Assembly: GCA_031262525.1 (NCBI GenBank)
Contig: JAISHM010000007.1
Span: 21,635 to 85,634 of the forward strand
Reading direction: 5' to 3'
DNA length: 64,000 nt
Source: Rickettsiales bacterium
GTDB lineage: Bacteria; Pseudomonadota; Alphaproteobacteria; Rs-D84
Shown: in pieces, positions 38,118-48,157 of the stretch
Position numbering within the stretch: the stretch's first letter is position 1
Layout of the letters: each line of letters begins with the position of its first letter
Notes under the pieces: generated by a model
What the model was told of the DNA's origin: nothing
Database searches by the model: none
Seen by the model: the letters and a program-made list of their open reading frames with translations, nothing else
Position numbers and translations under genes: made by a program

Positions 38118-38828
38118 TTATTTTAACTTTTTCAACAATTTTTGCAAAATTTCCCACGCGTCCTTTTTAAGCGATGGGTTTTGTATCAAAGTCTGAACAG
38201 ATGGCACCGAAAACTTTTCACCCGAAAATTCATACCCAGCCGAAACATCGCCAAATGTCAATAAAAATTCAGGTTTTGTAATTTCTATAAACTTATCTAA
38301 AAAAGGACGACATTGCACAATCTCTAAATCGGTCGGCGCGCGCCCACCCGGAGGACGCCAAAATACAACCGACGCAAGCGCGACATTATCGCGAGATAAT
38401 TCAATCGCGCCAATCATTTTATCAAATAATTCCCCACCTATCCCTGAAAATAAAAAACCATTTGCATCATCTTCGGTTGTTGGCGCATCGGTCAGAACCA
38501 ATACCCGCCCTGTCCCGCGTGGAATTATCGTGTTTTTTGAAAACATTTTTAATGGGTGATTTAATTCCGATATAACCGCGTTTAATTCGTCCAATGTTTT
38601 TATCTTGCCGATACTTTTGCGAATCGCATCAGTATTTATTGGCAACAATGGTGATGGCGATACAGATTTTATTTCGGGGCTATCTGCGGTTGATTTTTTT
38701 GCTAAAACATTTGGAAATTCGTTTAATTCCCATCTGATTCCTGCTAAATCCAAATCTAAAATGCTGTTTGTGTCCATGATTTTAATCCTGGGTGTGAATA
38801 ATTCTTGATTTATTGTTGTTTTTATCAT
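38118..38828 (-). CDS. Uracil-DNA glycosylase superfamily (family 4-like) protein with N-terminal extension
   Basis: C-terminal domain LVLTDAPTTEDDANGFLFSGIGGELFDKM ... VFWRPPGGRAPT. This is a divergent motif A (TDAP rather than GEAPG). Confidence 0.7.
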   Translation of the reverse strand: MIKTTINQELFTPRIKIMDTNSILDLDLAGIRWELNEFPNVLAKKSTADSPEIKSVSPSPLLPINTDAIRKSIGKIKTLDELNAVISELNHPLKMFSKNTIIPRGTGRVLVLTDAPTTEDDANGFLFSGIGGELFDKMIGAIELSRDNVALASVVFWRPPGGRAPTDLEIVQCRPFLDKFIEITKPEFLLTFGDVSAGYEFSGEKFSVPSVQTLIQNPSLKKDAWEILQKLLKKLK

Positions 38829-38869
38829 AGAATATACACTGAACCAAAAAATTACAAGGGAGTATTTTC

Positions 38870-39286
38870 ATGAAAATGCAAAATTTTGTTATGTTGGCCG
38901 GGGTCGCTACCTTGCTGACTGCTTGCGGTGGTCGCAGCGTTGTTGAACCATCGGATATGAACAATCAAAGGGCATACTTTGATTTCAATTCTTCGGCAAT
39001 CACCGAAGATGCACGGATAGACCTGTTGGGTCAATCCCTGTATATGAAAAACCACGCGGATACAAAAATCCAAATCGCTGGAAATTGTGACGAACGTGGT
39101 TCCACAGAATACAACTTGGCATTGGGTGCGCGTCGCGCAAACGCGGCCAAGGCCGTTATGGTCAAAGATGGCGTGGATGCAAAACGCATTTCCACAATCT
39201 CTTATGGTAAAGAAAAACCATGGAAACTGGGCAGCGGTGAAAGCGTATGGAAATATAATCGTAACGCAACAACAACTGTTAAATAA
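38870..39286 (+). CDS. pal: Peptidoglycan-associated lipoprotein (OmpA-like domain)
   Basis: Lipobox LLTAC, and AGNCDERGSTEYNLALGARRANAAKAVMVKDGV. Confidence 0.9.
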   Translation: MKMQNFVMLAGVATLLTACGGRSVVEPSDMNNQRAYFDFNSSAITEDARIDLLGQSLYMKNHADTKIQIAGNCDERGSTEYNLALGARRANAAKAVMVKDGVDAKRISTISYGKEKPWKLGSGESVWKYNRNATTTVK

Positions 39287-39302
39287 CAGGTTCATAAAAT
39301 AT

Positions 39303-39331
39303 AACGCGGGCAAATTGCCCGCGTTTTTTTT
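39303..39331 (+). terminator. Rho-independent terminator after pal
   Basis: AACGCGGGCA-aat-TGCCCGCGTT followed by T7. Confidence 0.65.
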
Positions 39332-39372
39332 CTGCCTTGAATTATTTGTATTCACAGATTATACTTTGACTT

Positions 39373-40437
39373 ATGAAGATTATGGACCGATATTTACTGC
39401 GTCAAATCGCATTATTTTTTGTGATGCTGTTGTTGATTTTAACAGGGCTGGCGTGGATGTTGCAAATTCTATCTATGTTAAAAATATTGATACAATATAA
39501 TGTCAGTATTGGTGGGTTTATGGGGCTGACCACAATGTTGATTCCGTATATTATGACACTGATAATCCCATTCGCAATTTTTATTGCAACAATGTTTGTT
39601 TATAATCGTATGATATCCGACCGCGAAATCACGGTTATGATGGGCGCAGGGCTGTCGCCTGCGCGTATCGCGCACAGCGCGTTTTTATTGACTGGGGTAA
39701 TAACCGCTGTGCATCTGCTGTTTAACTTGTGGTTGGTTCCCGCATCCCAAAATAATTTTTACACCAAACAATGGGAAATACGATATGGTCTGGCGCATTT
39801 GGCGTTGCAAGAATCATCATTTAACAGACTTGCCGATGATATGGTGGTATTTGTTGACCGCGTCAATGACAAGGATATGTCAAATCTGATGTTGTTTGAC
39901 AATCGTAATCCAAAAAATCAAATAATTGCGGTGGCACAGCGTGGAAAACTGATTGCAACAAATCGCGGAATGTCATTGGTTATGGACCATGGGTCTATCC
40001 AGTCAATGGGCGACGCATTTGTTGTTGGCACTTTTGATACATTTGATATGGATATGAATATATCAGATAATCGTGCCGAAAACGCATTTCGTGCGCGACG
40101 AATCTCATCGCCTGCGTTGATAAAATCTGTGTCAATGCCCACAATTTTTTCAGAAACCGAGTATAAATCCCTGATTGCAGAGGTCGCAAATCGTTTCCTG
40201 ATGCCTTTGATGGATATAATACTGGTTTTGATTGCGTCCATTGTGTTGCTAAAATCGTCTCTATTGCGTCGTAAAATGAGTATCGCGCCCGCAATCGCAA
40301 CAATTGCAATGACAGGGGCAATGGCGTTATTTATGACTATTTCTGGGGTAATTACATCGGTGTCTGCGCTGATTGCGTTGGCGGCGGGTCAAATTATAAC
40401 TATTATCTGTTTAATAATGGCACTGATAAAAAAATGA
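39373..40437 (+). CDS. LPS export ABC permease LptF/LptG family (YjgP/YjgQ)
   Basis: MDRYLLRQIALFFVMLLLIL N-terminus and 6-TM architecture with a periplasmic beta-jellyroll insert. Directly upstream of lptD with an ATGA overlap. Confidence 0.8.
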   Translation: MKIMDRYLLRQIALFFVMLLLILTGLAWMLQILSMLKILIQYNVSIGGFMGLTTMLIPYIMTLIIPFAIFIATMFVYNRMISDREITVMMGAGLSPARIAHSAFLLTGVITAVHLLFNLWLVPASQNNFYTKQWEIRYGLAHLALQESSFNRLADDMVVFVDRVNDKDMSNLMLFDNRNPKNQIIAVAQRGKLIATNRGMSLVMDHGSIQSMGDAFVVGTFDTFDMDMNISDNRAENAFRARRISSPALIKSVSMPTIFSETEYKSLIAEVANRFLMPLMDIILVLIASIVLLKSSLLRRKMSIAPAIATIAMTGAMALFMTISGVITSVSALIALAAGQIITIICLIMALIKK

Positions 40438-42458
40438 GGAAACTATTCGGACTTTTTTTTATCACTTTTACCGCCCTGCCCCAATGGGCATTTTCCGATA
40501 TGAGTGTAAATACAGATACATCGAAAACAATAACCGCAGATAAAATTGAATATAACACAAATACAAAAGCCATTAAAACAACAGGGGATACAAAAATACA
40601 AAATCAGTCTGGGCAAAGTCTGAATTTGCGAAATGCCTATGTTGCGGATAAAAATATCGCCAGCGGTGATGATATAACTTTATATTTAACACCGCATACG
40701 CGTATCACAGCGGATAGTATTACAAAAACAGATGGCAACACCAGCGCACTGGACGCAACATATACAAATTGCGCAGAATGCGATAAAACGGGCGAGCCTT
40801 GGAAGATATCGGCATCGCGCGTTTATCACGATGACACGAAAAAAAATATATCTTTGTATGATTCAACTTTGTGGTTTTATGATATTCCTGTATTCTGGTC
40901 GCCATGGATATCTTATCCGGACCCACGGATAAAATACAAAAGCGGTTTTTTAACCCCGTCAATAAATTCTACAAACAATATGGGAATGCAATTTAATTTG
41001 CCATTGTATCTGAACTTTTCTGACTATCACGATTTAACAATAACAACATCGTATTTAACCAAAGAAAATCCATTATTTTTAGCAGAACACAATCTGAATA
41101 CCAAGCGCGCCAATATAAAAACAACAGGTTCTTTTACGCATACGCACGAAAATCAAAATCGTTGGCATTTGTTTAACGATGATTTAATAGAATTGGGCGA
41201 CAATGCGCGAATGCTGGTATTTTTTAATCGCACATCTGATAAGACATATTTGCAACAATATGATTTTTATAACAACCAACCTTATCTGGATTCTGGCGCG
41301 CGCCTTGAATTATTCGCGTCGCGCGGATACACAACCATAGATTCGCACTTTTTCCAAGAATTGCGTGTCACAAACAAAAACACAAAAAATCCATCGGGGA
41401 ATATTTTACCTAATATACATGGTGTGTATCAAACTGCACCTTTGGTTGGGAACACTTATTTTTCGTTTATGGGTGATGTGTTGGGCATACAAAAAAGCAA
41501 TTCATCGAACCAAAGAATACTGGGCGAATCGCGCGTTGTATCTCCGTGGTTCTTGCCATTTGGTCAAAAACTGACTTTATCAGCGGCAGCGCGCTATGAC
41601 CTGTATAATTTCATAGATACACCGATTTACGGGGATTTGGGTGGATATTCTGGAACCAAGGGACGTTTTTTACCCAGTGGTTATGTTGATTGGTCTATGC
41701 CATTTATTAGATATGGACAGCAATGGACAAACATTATAGAGCCGCGGGCACGCGCTACTTTCCAGCGCAGAATGGCATCCCCTAACTTTATCAACACTGA
41801 TTCTGCGGGGTCGTTGTTATCGGACGCTATGTTGTTTTCTGACAATCGTTTATCTGGATATGACCTGTGGGGCAACAGCAGTTATACAGATTATGGTGTA
41901 AATTGGACGGCTTTTAATAATGATGGGATACAAACTCAATTATTCCTGGGGCAAAGTTATGATTTCTTTGTGGCGGATAAATTGGATAAAAATTCTGGAT
42001 TTCACGATGGCGCATCTGACTATGTTGGGCGCGCAGATTTATATGTTGATAATTTCAGTATTGCAAACAGATTTCGTGTTTCTAATACAGACCTTGGGCT
42101 GCGTCATTTAGAAAGTATCGCGCGCTTTGGACACAAAAACTATATAGACGCGGGGTATATACGCGCTATACAATTTACAGACACTCTGTCCCCTTATACA
42201 ATTGTATCTGAATTAGTTTTGGGTGGGGATATAAATATAACACAGCGATTATCGCTGCGCGGGCGCGCAATATATAATATCACAAACGAACATTTACAAA
42301 GGCTGAATGCGGGCTTGTATTATGACCATCCTTGTTATACACTATCGCTGGATTTTTCGCGCGATGGCACAGAAAGATTGTATGTTGATGGTGAAAACTA
42401 TTACGGGGGGACGCGCCTGCGATTCCAGTTTTCACTGAAACTGACCGATGAAAACTAA
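40434..42458 (+). CDS. lptD: LPS assembly outer membrane protein LptD
   Basis: 674 aa. OstA-like N-terminal domain (ITADKIEYNTNTKAIKTTGDTKI) and a large beta-barrel. Conserved lptD-surA synteny. Confidence 0.85.
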   Translation: MRKLFGLFFITFTALPQWAFSDMSVNTDTSKTITADKIEYNTNTKAIKTTGDTKIQNQSGQSLNLRNAYVADKNIASGDDITLYLTPHTRITADSITKTDGNTSALDATYTNCAECDKTGEPWKISASRVYHDDTKKNISLYDSTLWFYDIPVFWSPWISYPDPRIKYKSGFLTPSINSTNNMGMQFNLPLYLNFSDYHDLTITTSYLTKENPLFLAEHNLNTKRANIKTTGSFTHTHENQNRWHLFNDDLIELGDNARMLVFFNRTSDKTYLQQYDFYNNQPYLDSGARLELFASRGYTTIDSHFFQELRVTNKNTKNPSGNILPNIHGVYQTAPLVGNTYFSFMGDVLGIQKSNSSNQRILGESRVVSPWFLPFGQKLTLSAAARYDLYNFIDTPIYGDLGGYSGTKGRFLPSGYVDWSMPFIRYGQQWTNIIEPRARATFQRRMASPNFINTDSAGSLLSDAMLFSDNRLSGYDLWGNSSYTDYGVNWTAFNNDGIQTQLFLGQSYDFFVADKLDKNSGFHDGASDYVGRADLYVDNFSIANRFRVSNTDLGLRHLESIARFGHKNYIDAGYIRAIQFTDTLSPYTIVSELVLGGDINITQRLSLRGRAIYNITNEHLQRLNAGLYYDHPCYTLSLDFSRDGTERLYVDGENYYGGTRLRFQFSLKLTDEN

Positions 42459-42485
42459 AAACTAATAACGAAGAGGTAATAATTA

Positions 42486-43343
42486 ATGTATAAAAAATTA
42501 AAATTTTTATTAAATAAACTAAATTATTTTTTGCTATTCGTTCTTAGTTTTTCACTATTCACTAATTTATCATTCGCCGCCAGTGTGGTTGCAACCATAA
42601 ACGGGACACCAATCACAGACGCAGATATTACCGCACGGGTGCGCCTGATGAATGCCCAGGGTAATAATTATACGGATAATCGCAAACGCGCATTAAATAA
42701 TATGATTGACGATTCGGTTAAACTGGCATACGCTGAAAATTTTAAGATTTCCCCAGAACAATCTGCGATTGACGCAGAGTTTAAACGTATGAATTTATCG
42801 GATATGGGTGGCGTGGCACGCGATGTGGCACGAAACGCTATACGCGCAGAGATGGCGTGGCAAATGGTTATTGCGCGCACAATAATGCCGACTATTACCG
42901 TAACAGACGAAGAAATAGCGACCGAGATTGCAAATATGGAGCGCGAGCAAGGTTTGCCACTGGAAATAACATTTTTGCGCCTGATAAACATACCACAAAA
43001 TGTTGCAGATAATTTAACAAAACCAAAAAATTGTGATGATGCGATAAAAATAGCCGAAAGTTTTGGTGGTGCACCACAAAAAATTACCGCGCCACAATAT
43101 GAACTGAGTGCAGACATTCGCACGCGTATGGCGGGTATAGAAACACTAACATGGTCGCCTGTGGTTGATGATTCTGTTATTTTAATTTGCAAAAAAAATA
43201 AAATGAAAGAATATAAAAAATTAGATGATTTAATAGAACAAAACGCAAAATGGAACAAGGCAATGTTCGCGGGCGACCAACAATTAAAACAATTGCGACG
43301 GCGTGCTGTGGTCGTAATTTTGGACGATAAATATAAATTATGA
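42486..43343 (+). CDS. SurA-like periplasmic chaperone (N-terminal chaperone domain; no obvious PPIase domain)
   Basis: Signal peptide, then VVATINGTPITDADITARV...NNMIDDSVKLAYA. 285 aa. Position after lptD. Confidence 0.65.
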   Translation: MYKKLKFLLNKLNYFLLFVLSFSLFTNLSFAASVVATINGTPITDADITARVRLMNAQGNNYTDNRKRALNNMIDDSVKLAYAENFKISPEQSAIDAEFKRMNLSDMGGVARDVARNAIRAEMAWQMVIARTIMPTITVTDEEIATEIANMEREQGLPLEITFLRLINIPQNVADNLTKPKNCDDAIKIAESFGGAPQKITAPQYELSADIRTRMAGIETLTWSPVVDDSVILICKKNKMKEYKKLDDLIEQNAKWNKAMFAGDQQLKQLRRRAVVVILDDKYKL

Positions 43344-44422
43344 CCAAACCGATATTATTTAATCTTACAGATACCGAATTGGAACAATTTATTACAAAAT
43401 TGGGTCAGCCAAAATTTCGCGCAAAACAAGTTCGCGAATGGTTAAATCGTGGGGCACCAGATTTTTCTGTAATGAAAAACCTGCCAGAATCATTGCGCGT
43501 CGCGCTGGATAAAAACGCGACCGCCCTGCCCCTGCGCGTGGTAAAAAAATTGGATTCATCAGACGGACAAACCACAAAATTTTTATTGGAATTAAACGAC
43601 AACGAATTCATAGAGAGTGTTTTAATGCGCACCAGTTATGGAAACAGCGTCTGTGTATCCAGCCAGGTCGGATGTGCAATGGGGTGTCGCTTTTGCGCCA
43701 GCACAATTTTAGGATTAAAACGCAATTTAACAACAAATGAAATGTTGTCCCAGGTTTTAATTGCTTCTTTCTATACGCACGATTCCGTGGGGTTAAAAGA
43801 TTTAACACATCCAAATGGCGATAAAAATAATAATGATATTACACATATTGTTGTGATGGGAACAGGGGAACCACTACTGAACTTTATCAACACAATCGGC
43901 TTTTTGGAACGCGCACATAATGACCTGAATATCGGTTGGCGTCGTATGACAATATCAACATGCGGTATTATCCCAGGTATAAAAAATTTAATTGAATGGG
44001 GACGCCCAATAAATTTAGCAATTTCCTTACACGCCACAGAACAATGCGTGCGCAGCGATTTAATGCCGATAAATTTACAATATAATTTTAATGATGTTTT
44101 GGACAACGCTTTTACATTTTCTGAAAAAACAGGTCGCCAACTGATGATTGAATATATATTGTTAGGCGGAATAAACGATTCTAATGACGACGCCTTGCGT
44201 CTGGCAAATTTATTACAAAATAAAAATTGTATGGTGAATTTAATTCCATGGAACGCGGTTGATGAACGCGACTGGGAAATCCCCAGTGGTAATAAAATAC
44301 ACAAATTCCAAGATATTTTAATAAAAAACGGAATCCATACACGTATTCGCAAAGAACGCGGCGCAGATATAGGCAGTGCCTGTGGGCAATTACGAATAAA
44401 AAAACAAAGCACATTCTGTTAG
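43340..44422 (+). CDS. rlmN: 23S rRNA/tRNA m2A radical-SAM methyltransferase RlmN
   Basis: GQPKFRAKQVREWL, radical-SAM cluster motif CAMGCRFCAS, and the C-terminal GSACGQL. Confidence 0.9.
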   Translation: MTKPILFNLTDTELEQFITKLGQPKFRAKQVREWLNRGAPDFSVMKNLPESLRVALDKNATALPLRVVKKLDSSDGQTTKFLLELNDNEFIESVLMRTSYGNSVCVSSQVGCAMGCRFCASTILGLKRNLTTNEMLSQVLIASFYTHDSVGLKDLTHPNGDKNNNDITHIVVMGTGEPLLNFINTIGFLERAHNDLNIGWRRMTISTCGIIPGIKNLIEWGRPINLAISLHATEQCVRSDLMPINLQYNFNDVLDNAFTFSEKTGRQLMIEYILLGGINDSNDDALRLANLLQNKNCMVNLIPWNAVDERDWEIPSGNKIHKFQDILIKNGIHTRIRKERGADIGSACGQLRIKKQSTFC

Positions 44423-44430
44423 TTATTTAC

Positions 44431-44473
44431 TATTTCACACGAAATTACAAAAATAATTATTTCGCACGAAACA
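44431..44473. promoter_or_regulatory. Two parS-like 16-mers upstream of parA
   Basis: TATTTCACACGAAATT (44431-44446) and TATTTCGCACGAAACA (44458-44473). They match the canonical parS TGTTTCACGTGAAACA at 11/16 and 12/16 positions. Confidence 0.35.
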
Positions 44474-44529
44474 AACCTATTGACCATTGTTTGATAAATA
44501 TGTATTCTATAAAAAAAGGAAACAAAAAA

Positions 44530-45318
44530 ATGGTCAAAATAATAGCATTTGCAAATCAAAAAGGCGGGGTTGGAAAAACCACTACTGCTATAAATATCGG
44601 AACATCTTTGGCAACAATCGGACGCCGTGTTTTACTGGTTGATTTAGACGCCCAGGGCAATGCAGGTACGGGTTTGGGCTTTGTGCGCAGTGCGCACCCA
44701 CAAAGTGTTTATAATGTGCTTATGGGTACAGACACGGCTGCAAACAATATATTATCTACATCAATTCCAAACATGCACATAATGCCGGCGTCCGCGGCCC
44801 TATCCGGTGCCGAGGTTGAATTACTGGATATGGATAATCGCGAATATAGATTGCGCGACGCATTAAAACCAGTATATGACTATTATGATTATATTTTGTT
44901 TGATTGTCCCCCTGCCCTGGGATTTTTAACATTAAATGCACTGACGACCGCTGATTCGCTGATTATTCCATTACAATGTGAATTTTTTGCATTAGAGGGA
45001 TTACAAGCACTGATGGGAGCAGTAAATGAAATCCAAAAAAAATGGAATCCATCTTTATCTGTTTTGGGAATTGTTTTAACAATGTATGACAAAAGATATG
45101 CAATTACACGCGCAGTCGAAGACGATGTTCGTAAAACTTTCGCAGAGCTGGTATTTCAGACGATAATTCCACGCAATGTCCGCGTGTCCGAGGCACCCAG
45201 CCATGGGAAACCAGCCCTGTTTTATGATTTTAATTCAACCGGTGCCCAGGCATATCTGCGTCTGGCGACCGAAATAGTAAATGCGTGTGACGATGACAAA
45301 GGAGTCAAAAATGTCTAA
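44530..45318 (+). CDS. parA: Chromosome partitioning ATPase ParA/Soj
   Basis: KIIAFANQKGGVGKTTTAINIG deviant Walker A. The start was trimmed to 44530. Confidence 0.95.
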   Translation: MVKIIAFANQKGGVGKTTTAINIGTSLATIGRRVLLVDLDAQGNAGTGLGFVRSAHPQSVYNVLMGTDTAANNILSTSIPNMHIMPASAALSGAEVELLDMDNREYRLRDALKPVYDYYDYILFDCPPALGFLTLNALTTADSLIIPLQCEFFALEGLQALMGAVNEIQKKWNPSLSVLGIVLTMYDKRYAITRAVEDDVRKTFAELVFQTIIPRNVRVSEAPSHGKPALFYDFNSTGAQAYLRLATEIVNACDDDKGVKNV

Positions 45319-46186
45319 ATTTGGATTGGGTCGCGGCCTGGCAGACTTGGAACGAGAAAAAGGCACAATTTCCGAAATTGCTGTTTTATCTGGCACAGAA
45401 AGAGTAATTGTGCGACATATTCCAATTGTATCGGTTGGCGCAAATCCGGACCAACCACGAAAAACCTTTAACGCTATGGAATTAAATGAATTGGCAGATT
45501 CAATTCGCGAAAAAGGAGTTTTGCAACCAATTTTGGTGCGCGCCGTAGAGGGCAGGGCGCATCAGTATGAAATAATCGCGGGCGAGCGTCGTTGGCGCGC
45601 CAGCAAATTGGCGGGATTATCGGAAATTCCCGCACTGGTAAAAACATTGGATGATAATAATGCGGCGGAAATCGCGCTGATTGAAAATGTTCAACGCAGC
45701 GACCTGAATGCGATTGAAGAGGCCGCGGCATACGATAACCTGATGCAACGCGCAGGTTATACACATGACGACATTTCGCGTTTAATTGGGAAATCAGTCA
45801 GTTATTTACGCAATATCTTGCGTTTGGCGGGACTGCCGGAATCTGTGAAACAAATGTTGATTGACGGAAAAATCAGCGCGACACACGCTCGCACCTTGGC
45901 GGTCTCTGAAAACCCAGAAAAACTGGCACATGAAATTATCGCAAAAAATATGTCGGTAAAAGACACCGAAGAAATGGTAAAAAAATCAAAAAGAAGCAAA
46001 AAAGCCCGGTCTTTTTCTGGAATTTCACAAAATATCCCAGAAATCCAAACATTAGAGAATAAAATTCATAAAAACACCGGCTTTTTTACAAAAATTCGTA
46101 TAAAAAGGGGTGGGGCAGGGCATGTTGAAATTCGTTTCAATTCCCGTCCAGAAATGGATGAAATAATAAAAATGTTAAACAAGTGA
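45311..46186 (+). CDS. parB: Chromosome partitioning protein ParB/Spo0J
   Basis: GLGRGLADL, QPRKTFN, QPILVR and IIAGERRWRASKLAGL motifs. The start was trimmed to 45311. Confidence 0.95.
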   Translation: MSKFGLGRGLADLEREKGTISEIAVLSGTERVIVRHIPIVSVGANPDQPRKTFNAMELNELADSIREKGVLQPILVRAVEGRAHQYEIIAGERRWRASKLAGLSEIPALVKTLDDNNAAEIALIENVQRSDLNAIEEAAAYDNLMQRAGYTHDDISRLIGKSVSYLRNILRLAGLPESVKQMLIDGKISATHARTLAVSENPEKLAHEIIAKNMSVKDTEEMVKKSKRSKKARSFSGISQNIPEIQTLENKIHKNTGFFTKIRIKRGGAGHVEIRFNSRPEMDEIIKMLNK

Positions 46187-46187
46187 A

Positions 46188-46215
46188 AATCCCTTTTATC
46201 AGGGGATTTTTTTTT
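46188..46215. terminator. Hairpin plus T-run after parB (convergent with the ygiW-like gene)
   Basis: AATCCC...GGGATT followed by T8. Confidence 0.5.
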
Positions 46216-46242
46216 AGATAATACGAGATGGTATGACCTTGT

Positions 46243-46608
46243 TTATATTTTAGAAATATATTCAACATCTATTTCTGTGTTGAACAAACCTTTATCAACC
46301 TCTCCGATGATTTTAATAGTATCTTTTGGACCGACATTTACCCCACGCCAATCATCATCGTCAATTTCAATAGTTATCGCACCCGTCGCGTCCTGGAACA
46401 GATATTTTTCGTGTTTTGTTTGCGAAACTATGTTTCCCTGCAACACAACACGAGTATCATCACGCATTTCTTTGGCCTGGGCAACCGACACAATAACATC
46501 TTTTGCGCCAGTAAAACCGCCACGTCCGCCATTTACATCTGTAAATTCCGCGTTTGCCGCGCCCGCAAAAATTGCCAAAAATCCTGATAAAACCAATAAT
46601 TTTTTCAT
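46243..46608 (-). CDS. YgiW/BOF-family periplasmic OB-fold protein
   Basis: Signal peptide, then VSVAQAKEMRDDTRVVLQGNIVSQTKHEKYLFQDATGAITIEIDDDDWRGVNVGPKDTIKIIGEVDK. Close in pattern to E. coli YgiW. Confidence 0.85.
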   Translation of the reverse strand: MKKLLVLSGFLAIFAGAANAEFTDVNGGRGGFTGAKDVIVSVAQAKEMRDDTRVVLQGNIVSQTKHEKYLFQDATGAITIEIDDDDWRGVNVGPKDTIKIIGEVDKGLFNTEIDVEYISKI

Positions 46609-46691
46609 TTTTAATCCTTTTATTTTGTGGATATTATAATTATAACCCACCACAGATGAAATACAACAGATTTTTATTCCCTATAACAAAC

Positions 46692-46720
46692 TTGACAAAT
46701 AATATATATTCTTTTATAAT
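46692..46720 (+). promoter_or_regulatory. Perfect-consensus sigma70 promoter TTGACA-17-TATAAT, 7 nt from the ATG at 46728
   Basis: TTGACA at 46692-46697 and TATAAT at 46715-46720. No SD between the -10 box and the ATG. Confidence 0.55.
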
Positions 46721-46727
46721 ATAAGAT

Positions 46728-47621
46728 ATGAGTGATAAAAAGAAAAAACCTTTTCCGTTAAAGCCAATCCTGTTATGGACGGGGTGGTATTTTGTTATTT
46801 CTTATTTGATATTTTTACTGATGTTTAATTTTAACATTTTGCATTTATCAGACTGGGCGATTCTACCCAATATCGGATTTCATGGATTCGGAGGGCTGAT
46901 TTTTGGTATATGCGTATTATCGTTTATTCCAATTTACATTGGTGGATTTATGGTGATTAAAAAGAATGGGCGCGGATTTTTTACCCCCACACCAAAAGAA
47001 AAAGCAGTATATACCCCCGAAATTATTCAACACAAAAACGATTTACCACCAATTGACTTTCCAAAAAATATGCCCGAAGAAATGCGCTTTCCATACACCA
47101 GATTAAAACGCGGAGGGCTGTCCAGTGTCGCAATAGAATGTAATGTTTTGCCAACCCCAAATGATGGTGCAGTTATCAGTGCGGATTGTACGCCAGAGGC
47201 ACCAATACAAATGGATTCAGATATTGCATTACCAGATGACTTTGACATCGCAGATAAAACATCAAACGCGCCTGTATTTCGCGAATTAAACTGGGGCGAA
47301 TCAAAAGACGACAATTCCGACAAGAACGATACTAAATCAGAACAAACCGATGAAATCGCAATTGAATTGCGCGGGGATAAAAAATTCGCGATTATATCGC
47401 ACGATGACCCAGACTTTTGGATTGCGGACGAAAACGAATGGTTCGCAGGCGGAAAACAAAAACCTTCGCCGATAAAATTTGTTATGGCGCGCGCAGAATC
47501 TGAAAACGCGACCCCTGTATTATTATTAAAGACCAAAAACATTATGGATTTGGAAAGCCTGCAAAAAAAATGGGAATCCGATGGTATCTTGGTCATAAAT
47601 GATTTAGACGAATTAAAATAA
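46728..47621 (+). CDS. Hypothetical membrane protein (297 aa; 3 N-terminal TM segments plus acidic C-terminal domain)
   Basis: TM segments WTGWYFVISYLIFLLMF and GGLIFGICVLSFIPIYIGGFMVI. I recognised no family. Confidence 0.6.
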   Translation: MSDKKKKPFPLKPILLWTGWYFVISYLIFLLMFNFNILHLSDWAILPNIGFHGFGGLIFGICVLSFIPIYIGGFMVIKKNGRGFFTPTPKEKAVYTPEIIQHKNDLPPIDFPKNMPEEMRFPYTRLKRGGLSSVAIECNVLPTPNDGAVISADCTPEAPIQMDSDIALPDDFDIADKTSNAPVFRELNWGESKDDNSDKNDTKSEQTDEIAIELRGDKKFAIISHDDPDFWIADENEWFAGGKQKPSPIKFVMARAESENATPVLLLKTKNIMDLESLQKKWESDGILVINDLDELK

Positions 47622-47680
47622 AATTCCTTGCGATTGTGCTTTATTTTTTATTATGATTGTATTCATAATAGGAAGATAAA

Positions 47681-48157
47681 ATGAAATATATTGCACTATT
47701 TTCAATATTGTTTTTATGCGCTTGCAACAGCGTTTATATAAACCCAAATACTGATGCAATTGACCCATCACAAACATTCTTTACAGACCGCGGCGGATAT
47801 TCAATGAAACGCGGATTAAAGGAAAAATTGCAACAACGCGGATATAATGTTATCGTGGGCCAGGCAACAAAAAATAGAATTGTTGATGTTGATTCTGATG
47901 ATTTTGATATAACCGCTCTGGATATGGATGTCAGCGATGTTATGAATGCGCGTTATATTGTAAAGGTTTCAGAACGCAAAGAAAAATTTGCATGGTATTG
48001 GTGTCCTTTTAATGGCTGGTGGTGGTGGAATTTTAATGTATCCATTGCGGACCAAAAAACAGGCACAGAAATAATGTCTTGGCGGGGGCGCGGTTGCGCG
48101 AACAGCAGCATGCGAAAACTGGACAGAATACTGGACGACCTTGAATCGCAAAAATAA
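47681..48157 (+). CDS. Hypothetical lipoprotein with a Trp-rich motif
   Basis: Lipobox FLCAC. Contains FAWYWCPFNGWWWWNFN. SD AGGAAG upstream. Confidence 0.6.
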   Translation: MKYIALFSILFLCACNSVYINPNTDAIDPSQTFFTDRGGYSMKRGLKEKLQQRGYNVIVGQATKNRIVDVDSDDFDITALDMDVSDVMNARYIVKVSERKEKFAWYWCPFNGWWWWNFNVSIADQKTGTEIMSWRGRGCANSSMRKLDRILDDLESQK

